A program made the position numbers and the translations under genes. Below are positions 25,970 to 34,804 of a stretch of 64,000 bases of DNA, in pieces. This stretch comes from an uncultured delta proteobacterium (lineage in GTDB: Bacteria > Myxococcota_A > Polyangia > Polyangiales > Houyiibacteriaceae). How positions within the stretch are numbered: position 1 is the first letter of the stretch; every line of letters starts with the position of its first letter. The notes under the pieces were generated by a model that saw nothing but the letters and a program-made list of their open reading frames with translations, was not told where the DNA came from and did not search any database. The DNA is taken from positions 2,633 to 66,632 of the forward strand of contig CAVWBW010000009.1 of NCBI GenBank assembly GCA_963753395.1, given 5' to 3'.

Positions 25970-26743
25970 TCATGAGGCCGGTTGGGATCTTCTGGCGACC
26001 CAGATCCATCCTTCGCGCTTCGCGAGGCTCAGGTCGTTCGGTGGGACGGCTTCGCCCTTCAGAAAGTCCAGGCCCGCGCACACGCATAGCACGGCATCGA
26101 GGGCGTGGTCGGTGCGAAGCATCTGCTCCGTTCCGCGCGCGTCGAGCGAAACTCGTTTTGCGATTTCGGCCGCGAGCTCGTGGCGAAGGGCGGCAGCCGG
26201 GTCTCCGGATCCTTTGTAGCCGGAGTGAGGCAGGTTCCGTGCGGCCAAGGTGCCAGCCGGATACACCTCAATCGCCGCGACGCCTTCGATTCGTGCTGGC
26301 TCCCACGCGAGCTCGATGGGTGCGTCGAGCTGCTTCCTCAAGCGGGCGAGGAATGTGAGTGCCGCATGCGCGGTTCGAGCGATTCGGTCGCTACCGACGT
26401 CGAGCGGGCGTTTGCGGAGGCGTTCGGCGACGGCGTCGTCGGTCGCCCTTCGGAACATTTCATTCGGAAGGTGGTGGAGGGGGTCGCCTGCGTGGTGGGC
26501 ATGGAGGGACTCGCCGAGCTGCGCGGGCCAACCGAGGGGAGCGTCGAGGGCCAAGAGGGTCGGCGTGCTTACCCATGAGGCGACTTGCTCGTCGATGGCA
26601 GGCCAGGTCTTGCCGATGGTGACTTCTTGAATCCGAGGATGGCCTTCGGTCATCGTGCATAGCGCGAGGCCGACTTTCTTAGCGTCGGTGGCACAGTCGA
26701 TGCCGATGACTCGGGTTTCGGGGGGCACTACCAACGTCGCCAC
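25970..26743 (-). CDS. DUF429-like predicted RNase H-fold nuclease
   Basis: It has VIGIDCATDAKKVG, LLALDAPLGWP, FRRATDDAV and DALDAVLCVCAG patterns. It ends 22 nt before the sbcD start. Confidence 0.55.
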   Translation of the reverse strand: MATLVVPPETRVIGIDCATDAKKVGLALCTMTEGHPRIQEVTIGKTWPAIDEQVASWVSTPTLLALDAPLGWPAQLGESLHAHHAGDPLHHLPNEMFRRATDDAVAERLRKRPLDVGSDRIARTAHAALTFLARLRKQLDAPIELAWEPARIEGVAAIEVYPAGTLAARNLPHSGYKGSGDPAAALRHELAAEIAKRVSLDARGTEQMLRTDHALDAVLCVCAGLDFLKGEAVPPNDLSLAKREGWIWVARRSQPAS

Positions 26744-26869
26744 CGGCCGAACATATCGGAGGGAGGCGACGGTACCAAGCGCGATTGAATCGCGCGCCGA
26801 GAATAGGCGGCGCGGGCTCTTGTTTCGCGACGCATCAAGACGCGATGCGGTGTGCGTCGACGATGGGGT

Positions 26870-27400
26870 TCATTGGGTTCCGTTCTTGGGGACCTGTTGC
26901 TCGAGCCATCGCGTGAGAAACGCGTACTCCGTGGCGCGCCCGCGCTGGAGCTCTTTTTCGATGCTTGACTCGATGAGGCCGCCGAGGCCGAAGAGCTTGG
27001 CTTCGACGCTGAAGCGGTCGGTGCGGCGGCAGTGGCCTTCGTCGGAGGGGTCGATGCGGACCGTGCCGTGCATGGTGACGGCGTCTTTTCGGGGCTTGCT
27101 CTTTGGGTCGAGGTTTGCCGGCTGCACCATCCGCCATGTCCACTCGTTCGCGGTGCGGTCGAGGGTGCCGTGCTCTTCGTAGGCGAAGCTTTCGCCGATG
27201 AGCTTTGCGACCGGGGCGGGGAGCTTCATCTTGGGGACGATGCGGAGCTTGCGGGACGACTCGCCAATCTCGAGGACCTCAAAGGCGTGGGAGTCGAGCT
27301 CGTCGAGGTAGAGGGTGCGGAGGTAGGGCTCGTTTAGAAACGACGCCCAGACGGTGTCGGGGGTGCAGGGGAAGACGGCAGATGTAGTGGAGGTTTTCAT
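26870..27400 (-). CDS. DUF2505-like SRPBCC-fold protein
   Basis: A 176-aa ORF. The end, ...KLFGLGGLIESSIEKELQRGRATEYAFLTRWLE, is family-like. Confidence 0.65.
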   Translation of the reverse strand: MKTSTTSAVFPCTPDTVWASFLNEPYLRTLYLDELDSHAFEVLEIGESSRKLRIVPKMKLPAPVAKLIGESFAYEEHGTLDRTANEWTWRMVQPANLDPKSKPRKDAVTMHGTVRIDPSDEGHCRRTDRFSVEAKLFGLGGLIESSIEKELQRGRATEYAFLTRWLEQQVPKNGTQ

Positions 27401-27417
27401 GTGGGGTGGCCGCCTCT

Positions 27418-28140
27418 TCAGCGCGCCGCCGCGTGCATCTCGTCGTAGACTGTCGCCAGGTCTTCGAGCGCCGCTGCACAGTCACCTTCGAAGGAGGAGC
27501 CGTGCATTACCGCGAGTACGCTTGGCTGCAACGCGGCCAAAGAGCGAATGGTTTTTCCGGTGGTCGGGGTGAGACACGTCGCGTTGAATGCAGCCTCAGC
27601 CGCCTTGGCCGGGCCCACGATGTCGTTCTCTGTGAGGGCCGACTCGTTGCCGAGCTGGGTGAAGAGGTCCCCGCAGAAGAGCGTGCGCGTCCCTTGCTCG
27701 AACAGCACTCGCGCATCCCAGCAATGGGGGACGTGTGGCGTGTCGAAATGACGCACGCGTTTGCCGCCGAGGTCTAGCACCTCAGCGTTTTGCAGCGGGC
27801 GGGGGGGGCGGTCGGCCAGGTCGTTGACGGAGACCATGCAACCCACTTCGCCCTGGGCCACGATGGCGTTCGGAGCGAGCTCCAGCCATTGGTTCATGGA
27901 GCCGCACTCGTCGGATTCGACGTGGCCAAACGCAATCCAGCGGAGCGACTTTTCCGGGATCAGGGCGGCAACCGCAGCCCGGACGGCCGAAAACATGGCG
28001 CGCGGCCCGGTGTGAAACAGCAGCGGCTCGTCGGCGCGGACGAGGAACTGGTTAAATGTGAAGCCGGTCGGACCGACCTCAGGGACGAAGGTGCTGATCC
28101 GGAAGATGTCGGGGGCGATTTCGTCGGTGGTGGTTGGCAT
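27418..28140 (-). CDS. MBL-fold (di-iron ODP-like) metallo-hydrolase
   Basis: It contains MPTTTDEIAPDIFRIS, FGHVESDECG (H-x-E-x-D) and FDTPHVPHCWD. Confidence 0.75.
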   Translation of the reverse strand: MPTTTDEIAPDIFRISTFVPEVGPTGFTFNQFLVRADEPLLFHTGPRAMFSAVRAAVAALIPEKSLRWIAFGHVESDECGSMNQWLELAPNAIVAQGEVGCMVSVNDLADRPPRPLQNAEVLDLGGKRVRHFDTPHVPHCWDARVLFEQGTRTLFCGDLFTQLGNESALTENDIVGPAKAAEAAFNATCLTPTTGKTIRSLAALQPSVLAVMHGSSFEGDCAAALEDLATVYDEMHAAAR

Positions 28141-28250
28141 GGCCTTCTCCTCGTGCTCCGGGCGAACACCCACGAGACAGTACGCCCCACCACAAGAGGA
28201 TGCACCGGCGAAAGGGGTGCGAGCACAGAATGCGGTCTTTTTGCGCCATG

Positions 28251-28856
28251 CTAGCCGAGGCGCGCTCTCGCAACCAAGCGCACGACGCTCGCCAACCCGG
28301 TGTGGTAGAGGCCTTCGCGAATCTCGGCTTCGACCTGCTCGAGCTCGAGGATCTCGAGATCGGAGAAGTCCTCTCGCAGCTCGTCCACCGCGTAGAGGAG
28401 TTGCTCGTTGGGTGGGCCTCCGGTGCCGTAGGCGAGCTGCTCCTTGCTGTAGGCCTCGAGGAACAGGTGGCCTCCCGGCTTCAGGGCCGACGCGAGCTTT
28501 CGATGCACCGCGCGCCGCATGCTCTCGTGCTTGTGCGTGAAGATGAGCGCGACGGCGTCGTAGGCGTTGGGTTCGATGTGGGCGGTTTCGTAGTCGGCGA
28601 CCTCATAAGTGATGTGCACGCCGTGGCGCTCGGCCAGGCGCAGCGCTTTTTCGCGGGCGGCTGCGCTGAAGTCGAACGCGTCGATGCTCCAACCTCGCCG
28701 GGCTGCGTATACGGCGTTTCGCCCTTCCCCTTCGGCTGGAAGAAGAAGGCGCGCAGGGGTCGGGAGCCGGTCGAGGCAGGCTTTGAAGAACGCGTTCGGC
28801 TCTTGGCCGTAGGCGTATTCGTCGGCGGCGTATCGCTCTTCCCACATGTCTTTCAT
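28251..28856 (-). CDS. class I SAM-dependent methyltransferase
   Basis: It starts MKDMWEERYAADEYAYGQEPN. Motif I-like sequence is LLLPAEGEGRNAVYAA. Confidence 0.85.
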   Translation of the reverse strand: MKDMWEERYAADEYAYGQEPNAFFKACLDRLPTPARLLLPAEGEGRNAVYAARRGWSIDAFDFSAAAREKALRLAERHGVHITYEVADYETAHIEPNAYDAVALIFTHKHESMRRAVHRKLASALKPGGHLFLEAYSKEQLAYGTGGPPNEQLLYAVDELREDFSDLEILELEQVEAEIREGLYHTGLASVVRLVARARLG

Positions 28857-28935
28857 GGCGGCCTCTTGGTAGGGAACGTGGGGTGTGGCGGCGGTTGTGC
28901 AAGGGGGTGGCACGAACGGCGACGCGAATCGCTGA

Positions 28936-30816
28936 CTACTTGTGTTTGCCGCTGACGGTCGCGGAGCCGCGGCATTCCCCGGTGTTCTGGGACGGCGGGA
29001 TCAAGGTGCCGTAGGAGAAGGTCACACTGTAGTACCAGTCCGATTGCGCCGTCATGCTCTCGACATCCTCGGACGTCTCGCCCGTAATGGTGGTGATATT
29101 CTGACACGAGATGAGCTCGCAGTTGACCGCATCACCGCAGACGTCGTACGCGTAGAACATGTACTCGCACTCCGCGAGGGCGGTGCTGTCGGTCGCGAGT
29201 TGGAAATCACCCGAGGTTTCGTCCCAGCTTCCGCTGAGCCGCGACCCAGTGTCGGGGACGTAGGTGGATTGAATGTAGTTCGTGCCCTTCCCGCCGGGCC
29301 AGTCGACGTGGATCTCGAAGCTCGAGAACGGGTCTTCCTCCCACCAGGTTCCGCCCGCGTAGCGGCACTCTTCGTACTGCCTTGTCGGAGTCAGAACCCA
29401 GTTGCCTGCTATGCCCGACTCGACCTTCACGGGGAGGCTCGCCTCCAGGACGTCGCAGACGTCTTCGTCTTTGCTGTACTCGAGCTTGGCCAAAACCTTG
29501 GTCTCGCCCGCTTTCACTCCGCGCACGGAGCTCTGCTGGCCCTCGGCCTTTGCGACTTCCGCCGTGGCCGGATCGAGGCTCTCCCACGCCACCTTGCTGA
29601 GGTCGAGAGGCGGCCAGCCAGCAGGAGGTCGGCCGGGCAGAAGCTCCGCCATGGCTTCGACATCGGCTACTTCGTCGCGGTCGAGCGTCATGCTCGTCGG
29701 TTCGAGAGTCATCGGGTCGAAATTGGAGCTGATGTCCACTTCTACCTCCTCGGTGGGCATCTTGGGGTCGCGGCTGATGGAGGCGGTGAGCGTCGTGTGG
29801 CCCGCCGCGTGCGCCGTGAGGCTATCGCTCGCGTCGACGGTGGCGACCTCGCCGCGCTCCGTCGTCCAGCGTGGATACATCGGGACTGGGCCGAACACTG
29901 TCTTGCCGCCGCTGGTGCCGCTGAGGGTGACCTCGACTTCGTCTCGGAGATTCTTCGTTTCGCACGCGTACATCTCCAAGCTGCTGGGATCCATTTCGAT
30001 GTCGAGCTTCATGTTCTTTGGGCACTCGGGGGTGAGGTCGCCAGTGGTGTGCGTCTGGGGTGTTGGGGCCTTGCATGCCGGATAGGCGACCGTCACGTCC
30101 GAGCCCACGACTTGGCATTCACCGAAGGTCACATCGACGCCCGATGCCTCCACATCGATGAGTTGCTCCATGCAGCACTTGCAGTTCGACGCACACTGCT
30201 TTCGTTCCTCGCGCAACAGCAAGCAACAGCCGCCTTGCTGTTCGTCCCAGAGCTCCTTGGCGTACCAGGCGCAGAAGTCGTCGACACCGGGATAGGTCTT
30301 GCAAGTGCGGCAGCTAGCTTCGACGTGCTCGTACAAGACCTCGATCCAGGTCTTGGAAAAGTGCTGCAGGTTGCGGACCTCGACGACTTCTCTTGCACCG
30401 TCGTAGCTCAAGTCGGTGGGTGCAATCCATTGGGCCTCGTTGGCGAAATCGAATTCGACCAGAATCGGAATCTCTCCTGGCTCGAGGGGACGCACGGGGA
30501 CGGTGGCGGTAACGGGTTTGGCAAATGTGAGGCCGTCCGGCTCTGCCGAAAAGCCCCCGAGGCAAGCCTTCGCGTGCGACTGAAACACCGTTGTAGCGAG
30601 AACTGCGTCGGCATCCGCGCAGTCGACTTTCGTCACCTCAATCTCGACCGCTTCGGTGACGGCGCCGGGGGGAATGTCGAGAACGACGCCGCTAGGGAAG
30701 GTCAAGACCCCGCCTGACGAATCCACGGTCTGCACACTGCTCGCCGAGTCACCGCAGCCGAATGACGCGACGCTGCTCAATAGACAACAGCAAACGAACA
30801 CGATGAAGGAACGCAT
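28936..30816 (-). CDS. lipoprotein with Ig-like (Big_2-type) segments
   Basis: The signal and lipobox are MRSFIVFVCCCLLSSVASFGC. It has an intact 626-aa ORF and a Cys-rich middle region. Confidence 0.85.
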   Translation of the reverse strand: MRSFIVFVCCCLLSSVASFGCGDSASSVQTVDSSGGVLTFPSGVVLDIPPGAVTEAVEIEVTKVDCADADAVLATTVFQSHAKACLGGFSAEPDGLTFAKPVTATVPVRPLEPGEIPILVEFDFANEAQWIAPTDLSYDGAREVVEVRNLQHFSKTWIEVLYEHVEASCRTCKTYPGVDDFCAWYAKELWDEQQGGCCLLLREERKQCASNCKCCMEQLIDVEASGVDVTFGECQVVGSDVTVAYPACKAPTPQTHTTGDLTPECPKNMKLDIEMDPSSLEMYACETKNLRDEVEVTLSGTSGGKTVFGPVPMYPRWTTERGEVATVDASDSLTAHAAGHTTLTASISRDPKMPTEEVEVDISSNFDPMTLEPTSMTLDRDEVADVEAMAELLPGRPPAGWPPLDLSKVAWESLDPATAEVAKAEGQQSSVRGVKAGETKVLAKLEYSKDEDVCDVLEASLPVKVESGIAGNWVLTPTRQYEECRYAGGTWWEEDPFSSFEIHVDWPGGKGTNYIQSTYVPDTGSRLSGSWDETSGDFQLATDSTALAECEYMFYAYDVCGDAVNCELISCQNITTITGETSEDVESMTAQSDWYYSVTFSYGTLIPPSQNTGECRGSATVSGKHK

Positions 30817-30891
30817 GAAAACCTCCCTGCGTGCGCCCGCCTGAGTTGGCGGATCACACGAATTTGGTAGGTCCTTCAGAGGCCTGTGGCG

Positions 30892-30908
30892 ATACGTAAT
30901 TCTTTCCT
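30892..30908 (-). promoter_or_regulatory. AT-rich motif AGGAAAGAATTACGTAT (gene-sense), site b
   Basis: It lies 75 nt upstream of the ATG at 30816 and is identical as a 17-mer to site a. Confidence 0.45.
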
Positions 30909-30967
30909 AACGAGCGGATTGGGCGCGCAGGTTTTGCGTGTGGGGCGTGGGGGTGCTGAGCCGCGGC

Positions 30968-31306
30968 TCAACCTAGGGCCTTGCCGCAGTTGCTGCAGAA
31001 CTTCTCTGGGGTGATGAGGTTCTCAGGTTTGCAGAACTTGCCGCAGCCTAGGCAGACGCGGGTTTGGAAGACGCTGACCCACATGAAGAAGAGAACCCCG
31101 GCGGTGAAGATGACGGTCGCGAGCCAGGAGCCGCTGAGCGAGACCATGAGGACAATCATGCCGCCGATGATGGCGACGTTGATGGCGGCGACGGGCTGGT
31201 GCCAGCGGTGTTTGAAGGCTGGGGCTTTGCCTCGGAAGAAGACGAAGCTGGCGAGCGCAAGGGTTAGCCAGATCCCGAAGTAGGCTGCGAGGAGTGTGTC
31301 GCTCAT
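30968..31306 (-). CDS. membrane protein with a C-terminal zinc ribbon (paralog of 8238..8576)
   Basis: It reads MSDTLLAAYFGIWLTLALASFVFF...CLGCG-x14-CSNCG. In an ungapped hand alignment, 67 of 112 positions are identical to the other copy. Confidence 0.75.
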   Translation of the reverse strand: MSDTLLAAYFGIWLTLALASFVFFRGKAPAFKHRWHQPVAAINVAIIGGMIVLMVSLSGSWLATVIFTAGVLFFMWVSVFQTRVCLGCGKFCKPENLITPEKFCSNCGKALG

Positions 31307-31518
31307 GCGGGGCTCACGGGGGCTAGGATACTGGGTTTCGCGAGGCCGTTGTCGACGCGATTTGGGGTGAAGCAGCAACCTCTCGGGCTGTGAAACCGCG
31401 GCTTGAGAAAATGACACTTGGATCCTTGGCTGGCTGCGGGCATTCTGGGGCCAGCCTCGGCGCTGGATGTCGGGCTTCAGCGCCGCCTTATGGCGTCCTG
31501 CACACGAAAGGAGCCGCC

Positions 31519-32379
31519 ATGTATTCATCGTTCCGACACGCAGTCGTGGGGGCTGCTACGTTCATCTTGCTCTTCGGGCTCTTCGGGTGCTCGACGAGCA
31601 GCGACGGCCCGGATGGCAATCTGCGTGGCAACGTGACCCTCGATGACCAGATTATTCAAGGGGTCGGCTTGCGCGTTGACGACGGTGCGGGCAACGAAGC
31701 CGAAACCACGACCAATGTGCGGGGCGAGTACGGTTTCTTGGTGGCGCCCGGGACGCAGACAGTCTCCATCGTTCGCGGGATTCCCGGCAATGCGCAATGC
31801 TCACCTGGCGTCGAGCAGGAGGTGACGGTTCCGGCGGAAGGTGTGGCGGAAGCCGATTTCGCGTGCGAGACACCGGGCGGCGGTGGCATGGGTGGCGCCG
31901 GTGGCATGGGAGGTGCTGGCGGCATGGGTGGCGCCGGTGGCATGGGAGGCGGCGCACCAGGCGCGACCCCGTTCGACGGATGCATGGAACAGGCGCCGGG
32001 CGGAACGGCATGTGGGTGCAACCCATTCGACCCAAGCTCCTGCAGCGGCAACACCACCTGCTCGACGAACTTCTACATCGATCTGAACAACGGCCAGGAG
32101 CTCGGGATGCCGGCCCTCGACGGGAGCGACCTCAGCCCCGCCACCGAATGCATCTTCGAGAGTCTGAAGACCCAGAGTGCAGGCGCCTCGTGCATGATTT
32201 TCCTGGTGGGGGATCAGCGACGCGATGATTGTTTGCAAGGTTTGCACTGCGACCAGAAAGCGCAGGACGAGCTCGTTTGCGTTCCATTCTGTTTGGTGGA
32301 CGACGATTGCGCCGATGGCTCTTGCGAACGCTTCACCCTGAGTAACCCGGGACTCGCGTCCCTCGGGCGCTGCCGATGA
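31519..32379 (+). CDS. lipoprotein with a (GGMGGA)n linker and a Cys-rich C-terminal domain
   Basis: AAAGGAG precedes the ATG. The lipobox is LFGLFGC. An 18-nt unit is repeated about 4 times at roughly 31878-31955. Confidence 0.8.
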   Translation: MYSSFRHAVVGAATFILLFGLFGCSTSSDGPDGNLRGNVTLDDQIIQGVGLRVDDGAGNEAETTTNVRGEYGFLVAPGTQTVSIVRGIPGNAQCSPGVEQEVTVPAEGVAEADFACETPGGGGMGGAGGMGGAGGMGGAGGMGGGAPGATPFDGCMEQAPGGTACGCNPFDPSSCSGNTTCSTNFYIDLNNGQELGMPALDGSDLSPATECIFESLKTQSAGASCMIFLVGDQRRDDCLQGLHCDQKAQDELVCVPFCLVDDDCADGSCERFTLSNPGLASLGRCR

Positions 32380-32424
32380 CGCGGGGTGCTTTGGGGACGT
32401 GGCATGACGCCGACTCGAGGTGAC

Positions 32425-33192
32425 CTAGGCGTAGTCGAACAGCAGTGGTGCATGGTCCGAGAAGCGGGTTTCGGTGTCGATGGCCACGCGCTTGACGCGC
32501 GAGGCGAGGGCCGGCGTGGCGATTTGGTAGTCCAAGCGCCAGCCGACGTTGCGTTCGCGGGTGGTGGGGTGGCGGTTCGACCACCAGGTGTACTGGCCGG
32601 GCGCTTGGTTGAGCTCGCGGAAGACGTCGACGAAGCCGAGTGGGCCGAAGACTTTGTCCATCCAGGCGCGCTCTTCGGGGAGAAAACCTGAGCGGGTGCG
32701 GTTGGCGCGGAAATTCTTGAGGTCGATTTCCTTGTGGGCGATGTTCCAGTCGCCGCAGAGGACGTAGTCGCGTTTGCGCCTGGCGAGCTTCTTAAGATGG
32801 GCGCCCTGCTCTTTCATGAAGCGGAACTTGGCTTCCTGGCGGACTTCACTGCTGGAGCCGGCGGGGACGTAGATGGACACGACGCTGAGCTTGCCGAAGC
32901 GGGCTTCGAGGTAGCGGCCTTCGGGGTCGAACTCTTTGGAGCCAAAGCCGTGGATGACGCTGTCGGGCTGTTCGCGGCTGAAGAGGGCGACGCCGCTGTA
33001 ACCTTTGCGTTCGGCGGGATTGTAGAAGCAGTGGTAGCCGGCGGGCGGAGGCTCGTGCGCGTCGAGCTGCTCGGGGTGGGCGCGGAGCTCTTGGATGCAG
33101 ACGAGGTCGGCGTCTTGCTCGGCGAGCCAGGTGTAGAAGCCCTTGCGGATGGCGGCGCGGAGGCCGTTGGCGTTGAGGGAGATGATGCGCAT
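32425..33192 (-). CDS. xth: exodeoxyribonuclease III
   Basis: It has MRIISLNANGLRAA, LVCIQE, GDWNIAH and a C-terminal SDHAP motif. Confidence 0.95.
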   Translation of the reverse strand: MRIISLNANGLRAAIRKGFYTWLAEQDADLVCIQELRAHPEQLDAHEPPPAGYHCFYNPAERKGYSGVALFSREQPDSVIHGFGSKEFDPEGRYLEARFGKLSVVSIYVPAGSSSEVRQEAKFRFMKEQGAHLKKLARRKRDYVLCGDWNIAHKEIDLKNFRANRTRSGFLPEERAWMDKVFGPLGFVDVFRELNQAPGQYTWWSNRHPTTRERNVGWRLDYQIATPALASRVKRVAIDTETRFSDHAPLLFDYA

Positions 33193-33214
33193 CGGGGCGC
33201 AAGTGTGGGCTGGA

Positions 33215-33250
33215 ACAGGCCGCGCGGCCTGTTGTTTTTGTCGTGTTTTT
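33215..33250 (+). terminator. hairpin plus T-tract element, copy 2
   Basis: It is identical over 36 nt to the copy at 8608 and sits between the xth start and the stop of the upstream minus-strand gene. Confidence 0.6.
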
Positions 33251-33258
33251 GGCCTGAG

Positions 33259-33660
33259 CTAGGTTTGACGCACAAGCGGAATCAGGGCGAAGAGGAGCTG
33301 GCCGCCTAGGCCCACTAGGCCGTGCATCGTCGTGAGATCCTGGAGGTAGTCGCTCATCGAGCTACCAAATACGGCGACCGAGAGGATGACTTCGGCGAGC
33401 ATCAGCAGGGCGAATGCAATTGCTCCCATCGCTAGCCGCGGTGGGGTGCGCGGCGGGACTTGAAATCGGCGGAGCACCCATCCGCAGGCCATCCACGAGA
33501 CGGCGAGCATGAGCGGGAGCTCGAGCAGGACTGCAACAGGCTCACCGACCCGAGGTGCAAGCAGGAGGACGCGCACGGTGCCGAGCACGAAGCCTGCGGC
33601 GAACACGATTGCGAAATAGGTGGCGCCGGCTGCTGCCGAATGGGTGCGCTCGGTGCTCAC
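33259..33660 (-). CDS. membrane protein, hypothetical
   Basis: A 133-aa ORF with four hydrophobic segments. Confidence 0.6.
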   Translation of the reverse strand: MSTERTHSAAAGATYFAIVFAAGFVLGTVRVLLLAPRVGEPVAVLLELPLMLAVSWMACGWVLRRFQVPPRTPPRLAMGAIAFALLMLAEVILSVAVFGSSMSDYLQDLTTMHGLVGLGGQLLFALIPLVRQT

Positions 33661-33695
33661 GGGGGGAACGGTAGCAGGCCTCGGGGCTCTCGACT

Positions 33696-34688
33696 CTACC
33701 CGCTCAGCTCACTGACGGTCGAATGCCCTCCAGCCCGCACGGTGCTCGTACTCGTTCGGGGTTGCCGAGCCCCGAGCGCATCGGCAATCGCGGCGTTGAG
33801 CTCGGTCGAGCGGAAGTGGGGGAGCGTTCGGGCGAGCTTGGCGCCGTCGATGCCGTGCGGAACGTCCCAGAGGTAGCGCATTTCGATGACCTCCCGCATC
33901 GCGGGGCTGAATAGCCCGACCACGCGGATGATGGACCACGGGAACTTCTTCACCTTGAGCGGCCGGCCGGCGGCGGTCTCGATGGCAGCGATGAGCTCCG
34001 CGCCCGTGATGGAAAAGCCGGCGAAGCCGAAGGCGTCGAACGCATCGAGGGTGGAGCGGGCTTCCGCGAGGCCGACCATGGCGCGGGCGATGTCCGGGAG
34101 GTACGCCCAGGAGTGGACACGGTCGAGCTGGCCTGGGTACGTGACGACGCCTTTGTCGACCTTGTTGGCGATGTAGCTGTCGAACCAGTTGCCGGTTTGC
34201 TCTTGCTCGATGTAGTCGCCGGCCCGGACGACGATGGTCTGCACGCCTTCGGCGGCGGCGCTGCGGTAAGCTGCCTCCATCTCTTCGCGGAGGGCTCCCT
34301 TTCGGGTGGTCGGTGCGTGGGGGGTGTCTTCGCGAAGGGTCTCGGGCATGCCTTCGCCGTAGTTGTAGACATTGCCGGGAAGAATCACGCTCGCCCCACT
34401 CTCTTTGGCGGCGTGGAGGATGCTCGCGGTGATGCGTGGGAGCTCGGTGGTCCAGCGCTCGTACGGCGGGTTGAGGGCGTTGACGATGAGATCGGCGCCT
34501 TCAGCGGCTGCGGCCACCGCTCGTGCATCGAAGGCGTCTCCCTCGAAAATGGTGACGCCGCTTCGGACGCGGTCGGCCGAGCCGTTCCGGACAAAAGCGC
34601 GAACTTTCCAGCCCGCCTCGAGAAACGCTTCCAAGGCCGCGCGGCCGATTCGCCCGTTTGCCCCGACTACCAGTACTTCTTGCTCCAT
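33696..34688 (-). CDS. NAD-dependent epimerase/dehydratase-family (extended SDR) protein
   Basis: It has MEQEVLVVGANGRIGRA (a Rossmann GxxGxxG motif). The start was chosen at an internal ATG of the track ORF. Confidence 0.85.
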   Translation of the reverse strand: MEQEVLVVGANGRIGRAALEAFLEAGWKVRAFVRNGSADRVRSGVTIFEGDAFDARAVAAAAEGADLIVNALNPPYERWTTELPRITASILHAAKESGASVILPGNVYNYGEGMPETLREDTPHAPTTRKGALREEMEAAYRSAAAEGVQTIVVRAGDYIEQEQTGNWFDSYIANKVDKGVVTYPGQLDRVHSWAYLPDIARAMVGLAEARSTLDAFDAFGFAGFSITGAELIAAIETAAGRPLKVKKFPWSIIRVVGLFSPAMREVIEMRYLWDVPHGIDGAKLARTLPHFRSTELNAAIADALGARQPRTSTSTVRAGGHSTVSELSG

Positions 34689-34758
34689 GGCTAACTCCTT
34701 CGGTGGGCGCGAAGTGCGCCGATGAGAGGATTGTAGGCATTCATTCATGATGGTAAAT

Positions 34759-34781
34759 TAGCTAAATATGAGTTCTAGCTA
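34759..34781. promoter_or_regulatory. candidate LysR operator TAGCTA-N11-TAGCTA
   Basis: It lies in the AT-rich divergent intergenic region between the SDR gene and the LysR gene and fits the T-N11-A logic. Confidence 0.35.
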
Positions 34782-34804
34782 TGCGCATCTGAATAGGTCA
34801 GCTC

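Noticed and set aside
31878-31955. Short tandem repeats (also at 43171-43366 and 57187-57249) considered as a possible CRISPR or satellite.
   Set aside because: There are no unique spacers. All of them lie inside ORFs and translate to Gly-rich or Asp-Ser/Thr low-complexity linkers.
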